DNA of 63,873 nt, filler included, from Bonamia ostreae (lineage: Eukaryota), in the NCBI GenBank assembly GCA_040357525.1. It is 43 parts of 43 records of this genome, joined end to end, with 100 filler letters (N's around TTAATTAATTAA, not from the genome) between each part and the next. Parts side by side here need not be neighbours in the genome. Positions count along the whole stretch, not along the records: positions 38,814 to 40,198 come from JBDODL010001916.1; positions 40,299 to 41,680 come from JBDODL010001917.1; positions 41,781 to 43,162 come from JBDODL010001918.1; positions 43,263 to 44,644 come from JBDODL010001919.1; positions 44,745 to 46,125 come from JBDODL010001920.1; positions 46,226 to 47,605 come from JBDODL010001921.1; positions 47,706 to 49,085 come from JBDODL010001922.1; positions 49,186 to 50,565 come from JBDODL010001923.1; 35 more parts are not named here. The stretch is one strand, 5' to 3'. Both the position numbers and the translations under genes were made by a program. Shown piece after piece: positions 38,826 through 51,918 of the stretch (its first letter is position 1; each line of letters begins with the position of its first letter). Below the pieces are notes generated by a model that was given only the letters and a program-made list of their open reading frames with translations, was not told where the DNA came from and did not search any database.

Positions 38826-40198
38826 GTGGATATTGTACGTTTGAACTCAGATGAAAGTGATAGAGAAATGGCTTCACAAAAGGTGTTTATGTGTTTACTT
38901 GAAGACAAAGTGAATGACTTTATGCAAGAATTGGACTCGAACGTGACATCATTTACACAGTACAAATCAAAATCATTCCTTGTGAAACCCACAAAGGACA
39001 ATTCAAAATCGTTCGTTGTGAAACCGGAACCTCAAAACAGCAAAGATTTTAGCAAAGTTGATTTCAGAGAAAACAAATCTTCCCGTTCCAAGAAATCTTC
39101 ACATCAATCTCATGCTTCATCTCACCATCCCTCGTTGGCCCAGCAACGACTGGAAGCAGAGGAAGCCAAGGCAAAATTGGAGGACGCACAGAAAGAAGCT
39201 AAACTAAAAAAGGAACAAGCATCAATCCAAGTAGATTTTGAAGTCCAAAGAGATGCAGCCGTAGCTGAATCAAAACTACGCGCCCTAGAAAGCATGCAAG
39301 ACTGCATATCGGTCTCATCACAATCAATAGTTGAACCCGTTGTTGACATAGAGGATCCCATGGAACGCACAAGAAAGTTTAGTGAGGAAATCAATCAACA
39401 GCAAACAGAATGTATCACCAGGAAACCTCTTATGGAGAGCACCCATCTCCAAAGGCCTCTAACTAGTGCATATGATAAAGAACCCACACAAATTAGTGAC
39501 CAACAGCACGAAACTACTGTCACACCTAATGCAAAGTTATATACCCCACCTCGAGCACTCAATCCTCTAGCCACAGAATTTGAACCTAACAACAATGTCT
39601 TTGATATCACAAGTTTTCTCCTCAAGAAAGAACTGATAATCAACAAACTAGTGAATTTGATGACAAACCAGAAAGTTTCATGGCATGGGAAACTATTTTC
39701 AAATCAGTGATACTGGAGGCATCGGTTTCACCTTCAGAAGAATTAGATCTCCTCATACGATGACTAGGCCCTGAATCCAAAGAGCATGCCAGGAGAGTGA
39801 AAATGGCAACTATATATAAACCTGCTCAGGGATGTAAAGTTCTGTGGAAAAGACTTGAAGAAAGGTATGGATCATCAGAACTGATATAATCCTCAGTAAA
39901 ACTGAAAATAGAAAAGTTTCCTAAAATAAACAACAGTGAAATGAAAAAAACCTCTTTGAGCTGTCAGATTTACTCTGTTAAATAAAGGTCTTAAAGGAGA
40001 ATCCGAAATATCAGGCCCTTTTTAGCTACTTTGACACATCCGTAGGTGTTCAACCTATAGTTCAGAAACTAACAATCAAGATGGACGACTAAAGCTTCCA
40101 ATTACAAACATTTATATAGTGTTACTTATTCACCATTCTCCGTATTCTGCGACTTTATTGAAGAGTCTGCATCAATGTTGAATTAGACTTGCTCAAGT
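38826..40198 (+). mobile_element. BEL/Pao LTR retrotransposon gag remnant (host-type)
   Basis: Ser-rich tract, coiled coil, LNPLATEF; then frameshifted FDDKPE..W..F..EELDLL..LG..LWKRLEERYG with internal stops. Confidence 0.8.
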
Positions 40199-41820
40199 NN
40201 NNNNNNNNNNNNNNNNNNNNNNNNNNNNNNNNNNNNNNNNNNTTAATTAATTAANNNNNNNNNNNNNNNNNNNNNNNNNNNNNNNNNNNNNNNNNNNNCT
40301 AATTTCATGATGATCTATCTCAGAGGACAGAATACCATGTTTGTGAGTGAATGGACAATGGGAATTAAGTGGTCAAAAAGTGAAATTAATTGGTCTAAGG
40401 GCAAACGATAGGGGACGACCCTTTTAACACATACAAAATCAAGTAATATTTGCCACCCCACTTCCTTTATAATGGGAAAACCGACAAAGTCACAATTGAA
40501 CCTATGCATGAGTCACTTCCTATAACGCACCATAAACAGATATATAGTTTTTGCAATATTCAATGTGTTCGTATGAACATTAAAGGGAACATAAAAGGGA
40601 GACCTTGCTTGATCTGCTGAAAAAGAAATTGTGCACCGCCGTTGTATCTACCCCTGCTTGTTGTACAGATAAGTTATGACAACTAAATCAAACGCTAAAT
40701 ATGAAATACAAGAATGGGAATGTGAAGATAAAGAACGTGCATTTCTAAAGCAATGGTAAACAAGTAATACTAAAGGGTACACTTACCTTATATTTGTTCT
40801 TTCGAAAGATTAATAAAATACATTGTGGGGAACTCCCGTCTAATAATAATACTTTCAATACAATGGGGTTCCCATTCTGATAATATCCCATCAATGACGT
40901 AAACGCTTAAACACAATGCTGGTATATCTATTTACACAACATTGTACGCGATAATTTCTATAAAGAATTACTAAGAATAAAAGAGAAAAATAAACATGCA
41001 AAGTTTCAATTTCCATAGCTATTTTCCTTTATTTATACAGGACTTCAGTATTAGTTACATAAACTAGTTTACGTCGTGGCTCTAACTGATGTTATTCACA
41101 GAAATTGATAGATAATGAACCCTAATAGATATTACGATGAGCAATGTATCCTTAAAGAGGTAACATAATAAAAAGACACAAATAATAGCTGAAATTAAAA
41201 TGAATAATAGAGTAAGAGAGAAAACAATAATGTTCATTTCATCTTGCATTTGTTAATACGAAACTTTGATAAAGAAAGCATTGTGGGGAATCCCCTTCTA
41301 ATAATCTAACTTGAAGTACAACGGAATTCCCATTCTGGCAATACCCCATGATTGAGGTAAACGAACAAGCACAGTGCTGAGATATTTGTCTATACTTTTA
41401 ACATGCGATAATTTCTATTACTAAAAATAGATATACGCACAATTTATATACCCATTGGTATTCACATGATTAACCAAAGTACAAGAAAAATCAACTAATG
41501 TATAATCAAAGGTGATACTTACCTGATTCGAACATGCATTTTGCAATTTTTAGTAAAGGTTTTCTTTCTATTGAGTTTTCAAATTATTTGAAAAAGGTCA
41601 TTTGACACAAACGAACTATTGGTCTTACTTATGCAATGCTATGGGTCAGAACAAACCCTGTATATAACGCAGCAGAATTANNNNNNNNNNNNNNNNNNNN
41701 NNNNNNNNNNNNNNNNNNNNNNNNTTAATTAATTAANNNNNNNNNNNNNNNNNNNNNNNNNNNNNNNNNNNNNNNNNNNNAATAATTGTTATTTGGAACA
41801 CAGTCAAAATTGCTAACAAA

Positions 41821-42223
41821 GGGCGAATGGTAATTCCCGCAAAAGAGATCAGAATCATTAATGGCTTCTTTAGCGGCGATCAAGGCAAAATCGATATAAT
41901 CGGAATAATATTTTTTTGGAATCGGAACGTTTGGGAGTCTGTAATTTGCAATTTTTTAAAAATTTTTTAAAATTGCAATTTTTTTTAAAGGAGACAGAAA
42001 AGACTACTTTTTCGCGGTAAAAATTTTGTTAAAACCCAATTTGGTCGAATATTTGCTGTATTTGTTCATTCGACAATTCAATCGACGCAGAAAATCTGGA
42101 CGCCATTTTGTTTGGCTTCATTATCGACGACATATTGACAACCCCTTTCCACAACTTGTCCACACCTCTTCCAAACGGTGTTATTGCTCCAATCCCTGTT
42201 ATCACAACTCGTCTTTGTTTCAT
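41821..42223 (-). CDS. Beta-ketoacyl-ACP synthase II (mitochondrial FabF/OXSM-like), 5' part
   Basis: RRVVITGIGAITPFG; after the intron, DYIDFALIAAKEAINDS. Confidence 0.88.
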
Positions 42224-42385
42224 TAAAGTTTTAATGATTAGACGTTACGCATATAATAAAGATATTTTGCGATGTGCCATTATCTTAAAAACAAAAATCT
42301 GCTCATAATCAAAATATTCAAATTTATGTAAAAATTTAAAAGCTAAATTTCAATCTCTGGCACATTCCGCAGGTTTAAACAAAAG

Positions 42386-43162
42386 ATGTTTCTTGCTCGA
42401 TCAAATATTAATAGACCCGCAATTTTTGTATTGCGGAAAAAGTCCCCTTTGTTCGCTTTCTCGTCGTATTCAAAATCGATCAAATTTGACGAGAATATTG
42501 ATATCAATAATCTCGAAAACACAGATTTTGAACAAGACATTAATAACAATAACAGCGATTTTGACAAAAATAATGATCAAAATTTTGACAACAAAATCGC
42601 CGATAATCCTTTTGAAAAGCCATTAGACGACGACATCGTTTTTAATAGCGATGCACTTTCGGTATTCTCAAGAAGCTTTACCGGACTTATAACAACAACA
42701 AATATTGAAGAAGTGACATTATTAAACAAACCGGCATATATTTGTAAAAGCTTTCTCGAATTTTTACATTTGGAAATCGGATGCGAATGGTGGATTGCTA
42801 TAGTCCTGTTTGCTGTCTGTTTGAGGTTTTGGCCCAAAAAGCGATTTTTATAAAATGTCAATTGCGGAAATAAAAAGATTTCTTCACGCGCCGTTGAGGA
42901 TTAAAGCGAAAAGATATTCTTCGAATTACAAATATCATTCAAATTTTATCAGAGTATTCATTTTTAAATTTTGGGTTAATAATAAATTTGAAAGTCCGGA
43001 AATAAAGCTTTGCAAAAATTGATAGCGCAGAATGAGCAAAGAAAGAAATTTGTCGAGAAATTTAAAGAATTTAAAAACAAAAACAGAATTAAAATTTTGA
43101 GATCGATTCTGTTTAACTTAAGCATGATCCCCTTTTTTGTGGTGGGCATCAGAGCATTGAAG
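42386..43162 (+). CDS. Oxa1/Cox18-family mitochondrial membrane insertase, 5' part
   Basis: Basic presequence-like N-terminus; FLEFLHLEIGCEWWIAIVLFAVCLRFLHAPL; IPFFVVGIRAL. Confidence 0.8.
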
Positions 43163-43262
43163 NNNNNNNNNNNNNNNNNNNNNNNNNNNNNNNNNNNNNN
43201 NNNNNNTTAATTAATTAANNNNNNNNNNNNNNNNNNNNNNNNNNNNNNNNNNNNNNNNNNNN

Positions 43263-44644
43263 TGAAAAGGTTTACATGATCTTTTAAAAGAAGGTAAACT
43301 TTGGCCTGTATGTTATTGATTTCAAAATGTTCAGCTAACCTGGGTGGATTATGTGAATTATTTCTCAGTAATTCTTGTGCTACTTGGGCATAATCTAACC
43401 CCTCTGTTCCAGCAACTGAAGCCCCATATAACCATCCCGTCCCCTGTTTCCCAGTAGGCTTTATTTGCTCTGCAAATTCAGAATCTGTATTATTTTCGGG
43501 GACAGTCAAGAACTTTGCATAGATTGCACTACTGAGGGCAGCAATTGCCGCAGCATTATCTGCGTCAATTTTTGTTGTTTCATCTGCCACTGAAGGGGCA
43601 CTTTTGGTAAGCTGATCTTCACCAGTTAAAATGAATTCCAGATGACTTTCATGCAATAAATTTTTTAAGTCATTCTGAGCCTTTGTATAGACCAGATTCT
43701 GTATGTATTCCTGGGGTCTTTTGAACAGATCTATACGCACATCTTTGATCACGGGAAGATTTACTGACACATTCATATCTACCGTGGGAATGCAAGAAGT
43801 ACTCTTGGCTTTGTTTTCCAGAGTTTCTTTTATTCCCAGACATTCTGGAAAGGAATATGTTAACCGAGAATAGAATAATTGTTCGGGGCAAGTATCGGTT
43901 AACGCGATGTAAGACGTTTGCCGTTTTACTCCTCTGGGCAGATCTTCAACATTGCCAAATTGTGGATCAACACCAGTCTCATTAGGATCTATTGGTGTAG
44001 CTCCATATTTTCGTTTAGGCATCTACAAATAAATAATTCATTGCAAACACAACTAATAATGAAAAAATCAAGAAAATATGAAATAAGACTTACTCCAAAG
44101 TCTAGACATTTGTCAGAACTTCGCTTTGTGGGTCCAGGGGGTCCAGGGGGTCCAGGGGGTCCAGGGGGTCCGGCAGGTCCTTGGGGTCCAACAGGCCCTA
44201 TGGGACCCGGAGAACCAGTAGGACCTGCTGGACCCGTGTCACCCTTGTCTCCCTTGTCTCCTTTTGGCCCTTGAGCACTACTATTGTAGTAAACATAACC
44301 AATGACTTGAACTTTCCCAGGAAATGGCATATCACTGGTTTGCCCAATATTTACAAAAGCACTGCAAGTCCCACCATCTTTCCCCCTATATTGTTGATGA
44401 TAATGATCCCCTGAAAAACCTTCACTTCTTTCCTCCAGAGGAACGATGAACAGCAAATTTGCGGAACTCGCTGTATAAACTTTATACAGTCTTACTCTGT
44501 AACCCTCTCCATTATCAAATGTTCCAAAGTTATGCAATCCACTTATTTCAAATAAATTATGAACAACTTCTGTGCGAGTTTGTGTGACGTCGTCAAAAGG
44601 GTAGACAAACATGTAATTGGAATCTGTCCCAATATGTTCTCTGT
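43263..44644 (-). CDS. Unknown protein with a short collagen (Gly-X-Y) segment; one gene, open at both contig ends
   Basis: ORFs 44612- and 44022- join in frame across intron 44093-44023 (GTAAGT...TTTGTAG, 71 nt); about 16 Gly-X-Y triplets. Confidence 0.75.
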
Positions 44645-44781
44645 NNNNNNNNNNNNNNNNNNNNNNNNNNNNNNNNNNNNNNNNNNNNTTAATTAATTAA
44701 NNNNNNNNNNNNNNNNNNNNNNNNNNNNNNNNNNNNNNNNNNNNAAAAAGCAATTTCTAAAAAATAATTTAATGCGAAAAC

Positions 44782-45329
44782 CAGTAACAAAATAGTTCAA
44801 AATATCATTTTTTCTGGCCATTTTCTGCATTCGAAGCCTTAAAATTTCGCAGATTTAAACATTTTGTCCAAAGAATTGCATTTCAAAACGATTTTTTTGG
44901 CTCCGTCGAATCGCCATTTCTCAATAAGAGCGCAATTGGAATCGGTCACTTTTTGGAGAATGCCGTCGTACGCGTGGCAACATTGAGCGATCACTTTGCC
45001 TAACAATAATAAAATTCAACCTTTTTTCATTGACAGAGAAGAATTAACAATGAAAACGGCTTTCAAATCGTTTGGAATTTCTTCGCTAAATTTTAAAATT
45101 TAGCTTTTCAAAAAAATTGAAAAAATTTATAAACTATTTTTCAGCGATTGTGTCTAATTTTTTATGTTGTTTAATTAAACTTATCATTTGATTTAAAAAT
45201 CGGCTTTTTAGTTTATTGAAAGCTTCCAAAATATCTTGGCTAAATTTTAATTAAAAAAAAATGGAACTTTGAAAATCCCATTTTCTCTAATTTTTTTCCG
45301 ATGCTTTTTTTATATGGATCGATGTCCAT
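44782..45329 (-). CDS. PTH2: Peptidyl-tRNA hydrolase 2 family, 5' part
   Basis: Five tiny introns; KAVFIVNSSLSMKKGKVIAQCCHA..KWRFDGAKKIVLK. Absent from the ORF track. Confidence 0.9.
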
Positions 45330-45618
45330 TTTGCTAAATTTTCTTAACTTTTTGCTAAATTTTTATTTTGGATTTTATTATTTAAAAAAGGATTAAGTTT
45401 AATTATTTTTGCTAAATTTTTTATTATCAAAAAATCGAATTTTAATTTTAACGCAATTTTGAAAATTTTGACGAAAATATTGCAATTACAAAATTAGTAA
45501 AATTAGGGCCACTGCACAGAAAACTTGGCCAAATCATCAATTTTTTATTATCAAAAAATCGAATTTTAATTTTAACGCAATTTTGAAAATTTTATTTATA
45601 AAAAAGTATTTTTATCGT

Positions 45619-46049
45619 TTACTTCCAATTCATAACAATATCTTCCATACCATTCTCTTGAAAACAAGTAACCACAGAAGCCGGGTCCGCTCTTTCACCT
45701 TCGACACCAAACGATATTTTGTAGATTTGGACGAACAACGGAAATTCGCTCAATTTTTTCTTGTTTTCGAGAAAAGAATAGACTTCTTGACACGTCGAAG
45801 GGCCTTGCAATTTCTGTCCGCCCAACATTTCTTTTTCAATTTGATCCCAACTTTTGCCGGTTTTCGCGAATTCCTGGGCACATTTTCTATTTCGGCCAGC
45901 GTAACAAGTCGTTATCAAATCAGCGAAACCGCTGCTTTGCCAAAAAGTGTTTTTGTGGATGTCGTCAAAAAACTCGAGTCCGAATTTTTGCATTTCAGCC
46001 ATTCCCAATCTCAAGATGGCTGCTTTTGTGTTCGATCCCAGTTGTAAAC
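45619..46049 (-). CDS. GPD1: NAD-dependent glycerol-3-phosphate dehydrogenase, last exon
   Basis: NTKAAILRLG..SSGFADLITTCYAGRN..EMLGGQKLQG..FPLF. Confidence 0.95.
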
Positions 46050-47036
46050 CTTTTCAATATTTTTGTGGAATATTTTCGAAGAATATTTGCAAAAATTTTT
46101 ATTCGTTTTTGTAATTAAAACGACANNNNNNNNNNNNNNNNNNNNNNNNNNNNNNNNNNNNNNNNNNNNTTAATTAATTAANNNNNNNNNNNNNNNNNNN
46201 NNNNNNNNNNNNNNNNNNNNNNNNNTCTTGCGTATCGAATCCGTTGATATGTATAAAACTTTACAACAACTTACCATTGGCTAAATGCTGTCCGACGCGT
46301 TTCCTACCGATTTTTAGGTCGTTCTATATACATTGCTTTTAACTACGGATCACTCCATTTAACCGATCGATATACATGTATGTGGATCACGACAAATGTG
46401 ACCGATCAAAAGGGGATGTTTACTCGTCATGGGCACCTGATTCCACCTCTAGTATTTCCAGGGACCCGTGTTTATTAACTTTTTATTATTCAAATGAAAT
46501 TTAAAATTCCGCAGTCAAAATCAGTGTGCAAATAACAGTTTAACAACTGATCCATTTTTCTTAAAGAGAAAAAGTGGCATTTACATTTTTCTACATATTG
46601 CAGACAAAATGAACTAAAATTACAAAATCCATGCATGGTTGTAGTCATTCCATTTCTTTCTTACAATATTTCAAAGTATAAAAAGAACCTTCAACTGAAT
46701 CAGACGGAAAAGACCTTTGATGTCAGCTCATTTCCAAAGATTTATCTTTTTTCACGTAGGTAAATTCACATTAAAACATATTTCCTGCCAAAGGAATTTG
46801 ACCGGAATGTATTAAAAGTCAAATAAACTTTATCAATGAACGATAGATTTATCAATCATGTTACGGACCCTGCACATAAATCAAACCGCGCATCAGTTAC
46901 TACATAATTATCTTATATACATTGCGTATTCATCCGCAGTAAGCATATTTAACGCAAATGCGATATCATAGTGGTGGTCGCTGTTGCTCCATGCATTTCT
47001 AACGTACATTTCTGACAACTTCATTTTGAACGCAAG

Positions 47037-47108
47037 ATGTCAAGAAAAGGTTACAAGCAAAGAGTGGCTGTGATAGGTGCTGGGGTTGCAGGTCTCTGTT
47101 CGCTTAAG
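47037..47108 (+). CDS. Host-type first exon of a flavin-containing monooxygenase
   Basis: MSRKGYKQRVAVIGAGVAGLCSLK followed by a GTAAGC donor. Confidence 0.8.
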
Positions 47109-48499
47109 GTAAGCCTAACTTCTACACATGTAATATATTCCTCTATCATCTTATAAATATGAACTCAAAGGTTTCCTTATAAAACGACTACACAGGAAAT
47201 ATGCATCGAAGGGACAGAATTCTGTGAAATGAAATAGTCACGGATGACTGAAAGCAAGTTACTGGAAATAAGGAACAATCAAAAGCATTGCAGTCTCCCC
47301 TGGGTATATTGAAAGAAGGTTCTGGCTGAATATTAACAAAATCGACAAACGACAAATCTAATGAATGTCCGTATTAGAAGACGTCTACTCACGTTTACTG
47401 AGAAAATTTGCAAATTTCTGATTAAGTACAGTTCTGTAATTTAGTCTTGCAAAATACATATAAGTAAAGTAACAGTTGTTAAACTGATCATTTAAAAAAC
47501 AGGACATGCTGAAGAATTAACTTACTTTTCTTTACCTCATGTTGGACGAGTAAATGTTAAAATACATGTGTATATCTAATTTCGCAATACGCCAGTTTCG
47601 AGACANNNNNNNNNNNNNNNNNNNNNNNNNNNNNNNNNNNNNNNNNNNNTTAATTAATTAANNNNNNNNNNNNNNNNNNNNNNNNNNNNNNNNNNNNNNN
47701 NNNNNTGAAGAAAAACCCTCTAATGCCAAAAGCTTATCGTGAGGATTGGTCGTGTAGAGTGTTGAAATGTCGTACATATTTATGCTGTTGCAATTGAAAA
47801 AGTTTTGTGATTTCAAATGTACTATACTTGTTTTAAATCCACACATGATATACACCTTTTTACGGATATGTTGTGGCACAATATATCTATATCATTTGAC
47901 ATTTTCGTGAGGAGTAAAACTAGGGGCTTCGTAAAACATCTACTGAATCCTCTCATATGCAAATGCCTTCAAATGATTTGGAATCCATTAAATCATTTTC
48001 GCACGCATGAGGATGGACGTTCATAGTAATTTTAACATTTGAAATTGCAAATAGATCAATACCGCTTTTAATTTTCAATGAGCATTTTTATGTTGAGGTT
48101 GTACGTATATTTAGGACTCTGAAGTGATCAGTATGATCATAATCACTAATGAGTACGTGCTAGTATTTGCGCTCAATTTTGACTTGATAATAATTAACAC
48201 TCGCACCCGCTAGAATAGGTCCTATATAATCCTTGCTTGTCGAAGGTACCGACGGTTTCTGCTTCAAACGCCGTAAGCACTAAGCACAGGCTTAAATTTT
48301 ACAGCCCTCACTAGCAATGGTGACGTCTTCATATGAAAAAACATTCTTGAGCAATATACAACAATTAAACAATATACAACTAGCCAACTTAAAACATCAA
48401 AATCTATTTTGAAGGCAATGGTATTCATTTAATAGGTAAATAGTATGAAAGGTAAAGAGCAATGATCAATTGCATAACTCCCATACGGAATAGAAAAAG

Positions 48500-48590
48500 G
48501 GTTGGGCAAGCACGGACTCCTGGACATGCCAGAGTTGGAATTGGGTGCCTAGATGGGGAGAAAACATCCCCTGTTGACCGAACACACATG
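48500..48590 (+). repeat. Dispersed host-type repeat; related copies near 13472(+), 37340(+), 46398-46472(-) and 63190-63265(+)
   Basis: Shared CACGG..CCTGGA..CCAGAG.TGG.AT..G.TGCCTAG..CATCCCCTGTTGACC core. Confidence 0.75.
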
Positions 48591-49258
48591 GGGTGAGGTA
48601 AATGATTAAAATTGCTGAAACACATGTGTATGTGTGTTTATATACCTGTATTGGTTTTGAACGCGCTCTTTTGCACTTACTCCTATTGTTTGGTTCTTCA
48701 TTGAAATATCTCTATATTTGCCTTCTTAGTATATATTACCAGAAGACTCGCATTTAGGTATGGTCAAAATTACCTACCACTATATGCAAGCACGTGTGCT
48801 GAATTTTGATTATATTATACTTTTAAGATTCAATACTTGAGAGATTGGTAGAATATATGAGGGTGCTTGCTATATTTAAAAAATAAGGGTAGGTAGGTTG
48901 ATGTACTGAATCTCTAGAAAAGTGAGATACCACACAGCAGAAGATACGTTCAAACTAAAGACGATTTGTATATTGTCAAACAATGCGTATTTTTTCTTCT
49001 TTATGTAGAGGGTACAAAAAAGGTCACGATTTTCAGCCTCTCTGTCGACCTTGACTATGTACCCTGCCCTTGGGTAATTATACTCNNNNNNNNNNNNNNN
49101 NNNNNNNNNNNNNNNNNNNNNNNNNNNNNTTAATTAATTAANNNNNNNNNNNNNNNNNNNNNNNNNNNNNNNNNNNNNNNNNNNNACAAATTATTTATTT
49201 TTTGACAAATTGAGAAAGAATAAAAAAATTTGTCCATTTTAAAATTTGAAAAAAATAT

Positions 49259-50432
49259 TTAATCTGCAAAAAATTTGTCAGCGATGGCGTCAATTTTGTC
49301 AAAACTCATTTCCTCAAAATCCAACGGCTCCGGAATTTCCGAGTCTCCTCTTCTGTCCAACAACTTCAAATACTTTTTATCAACTAAAAAATCGATTTTC
49401 AATTTGCTTTTATCTTCGTTTCCACTTTTCCCCTTTAAAAATTTTACTAAAAACATCAAAATCTAAATCCTTTTTATAATTCAGCCAAAACTTTCCACAT
49501 GGCACAATGTCCAAATCCTCAAATGTTTTGTCTTTGTCCATTTCTTTTCTTCCGCTCATCGATAAAACAAAATTGTATTTTCTCACAAAATCCTCTTTTT
49601 AATTTTATTGGGAAACCATTAAGCACTTCTTCTATCAATAATTTGTAAACTTCTATAAATTTTTCTTTCGGACTAAAATAAGCTTTCAATATTATATTAA
49701 ATCCAAAATCAATCGCTATTAATGTTTTGTCGAATTTGACTTCTTTTTTATGTTGTTTCCTTCTGAAGCGATTTGACTAATCGTTATTTAAATTTAGTTT
49801 TAAAATTACAAATTCGGCTTTTTTGCGTTCAAAGGATTGAATCAGAAGAGCTTTTTCGGTTTCGGAATCCGAGTCCGTTTCGGAATTTGGGTTTGCTTCC
49901 GTTTTTTGCGTTTTCGCTTTTGTGATCAATTTTATCTCTCTTTCGACTAAATTTGGAGTTGTTACTTTTTGTTCGATAAAGTTTTCGATCTACAAATTGC
50001 AAATTTAAAAAATCGCAAAAGTTTTCGATTTTGTTGTTAAAATTAAATAACATTAATTTGTTTGATATATTCAATAGAATAAGCTCCAAAGTCACAAAAT
50101 TTATTTTGATTTTTCGTATTTAAAATTATTTCATCGCTCTGTTCGACAAATCCAAGTATTTTAATTAATCTTTTGAAGTTTTCAAAGACTAGAAGACTTT
50201 TAGTTTATGTTTTAAAGAACTTTTGAATTTTCGAGTTAGATTTTTTAAGCGAACGTTTTTTCTTGTCTTTTCCGATAAAAGCGTTTTGCAAAATCAGCAA
50301 AATCAAGTTGAAGCTTTTTTTCAGTTTCTCGTAAGGAATTTCTTTTGCTAAATTGTACAAGCAAGAGTCTATCTCAGCCCTTATCTTCATGTAATCTTCA
50401 ATTTTTTTGTTTTTCGTTTTATATTCTGTCAT
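49259..50432 (-). CDS. PUB + UBX domain p97 cofactor (UBXN6-like), complete
   Basis: ILQNAF..KKRSLKKSNSKIQ..LIKILGF (PUB); IAIDFG..LKAYFSPKE..TFEDLDIVP (UBX). Confidence 0.7.
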
Positions 50433-50665
50433 TTAAACTAATCTATAATCGGAATTTTATAGCAAATTTTTTAAAGATTTTTATTCCATAAAGATTTAGT
50501 TAATTCTCTTTATTTTTAGACAATAAAGATTTAATCAAATCTTTATTTCTATTTCACGCTTTGTGNNNNNNNNNNNNNNNNNNNNNNNNNNNNNNNNNNN
50601 NNNNNNNNNTTAATTAATTAANNNNNNNNNNNNNNNNNNNNNNNNNNNNNNNNNNNNNNNNNNNN

Positions 50666-51918
50666 TCCGAAATTACTCTCAAAATCTTTTATGGTATTAT
50701 TAAATTCTTCAGTGATAACTTTATCGCATTCCCAACTTGGAGATTTCACCAAATTTTTCAATTCTTCCATAACTTTTTCTATTTATTGGCAATTTAAAAA
50801 AATTGTTTTACAAATTTGCAACTTTTAGAAAAAAATTGTTTTACAAATTTGCCATTTTAAACAAAAATCCGATTTAACAAAGATAAATTTTACTAAACTT
50901 ATCCCGTAAAATTTTCTGTTTTTATCTAAAATTAGCTCCAAATCCAAATTTTGGACATCGATTTGGAGAGAACCAAGAACAGAAAATATTTTTTTCATGT
51001 CACTAATCGCATTGTCTTTTTTTCCGGTTTCGTTCTGGCTCTCTTTTTCTCCGCAAAATTCCTTGATCGTTTTCTCCGCCATTTGCCCCAAATCATGAAA
51101 ACCGCTCGAAACTTGATAAGTTAGCAATTCTTTCTCAAAATTAAGCAATTTCGTTTTCAACAAATTTTCTTCTTTTTCGATTTTCTTCTTTTTCGCGAAA
51201 ATCGCCAGTTTCGCTTTGAGCGCGGCGTTTTCCGATTTGAGTTCGATTTTTTCCGTCTGAGCAGTTCCGAGTCTTCTCAGAAAGACTTTTCGCTCGTCTT
51301 TGAGTTTTTCGAATTCTTCTTTTGGATATTTCTTCGCTTCTTTCAGGTCTTCGCCCAATTCCGTGTTTTTTCTTTTTAAGACTTTGATTTCGTTTTGCGC
51401 CGTTCTCATCTTGTTGTTGATCTGGTCGGAAAGAGCTTCGGCTGTTTCCTTTTCCATCAAATAGCCTTCCAACTCGAACTCCAAATTTCTGATTTTTTCC
51501 TCATTGACGGATTTGTCTTTGTTGAGTTCGTCGACGGTTTGCTTTAGTCTGGAGTGTTCGGAAAAGAGTTCTTTCACTTCTTTGATTTTGAAGGCTTTTG
51601 ACCATTCTTCGTACGCAAAACTGTTCGAGTTGTTGTTCGAACTCGCGTCGAAGCGGCAACTTTCGCCAACGTAGAACGCGAAGAATTGTTGGCCGCATTT
51701 GACGCCGGAATTCAAAGCGGCTCTGCAAATGGAGGAGTGCTGTGCGTAGCCTGTCTCGGTAGAGCCGAAGCAGGGGTAATTTGGATATTGGTGCCCTGTG
51801 CAGCAGAGCAGATAAAACTGAGTGACGTCAGTGCAAATGTCGAGGAAAGCGATATTACAAGTTATGTCTATTTCGTTTATAAGCTTAAAATTTAAAAGTA
51901 AACTTTAATTTTACTCAT
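50666..51918 (-). CDS. LCCL domain + long coiled-coil protein, 5' part
   Basis: ATG 51918, 20-nt intron 51884-51903; CFGSTETGYAQHSSICRAALNSGV..SNNNSNS..WSKAF, then ~200 aa coiled coil. Confidence 0.8.

Noticed and set aside
40800-41420. Degenerate direct repeat (~460-bp period) in a host-type contig
   Set aside because: Real but diverged, with no coding or terminal features; ordinary animal repetitive DNA.
43207-44612. Two overlapping phage-like genes
   Set aside because: A canonical in-frame intron (44023-44093) joins them into one eukaryotic-type gene.
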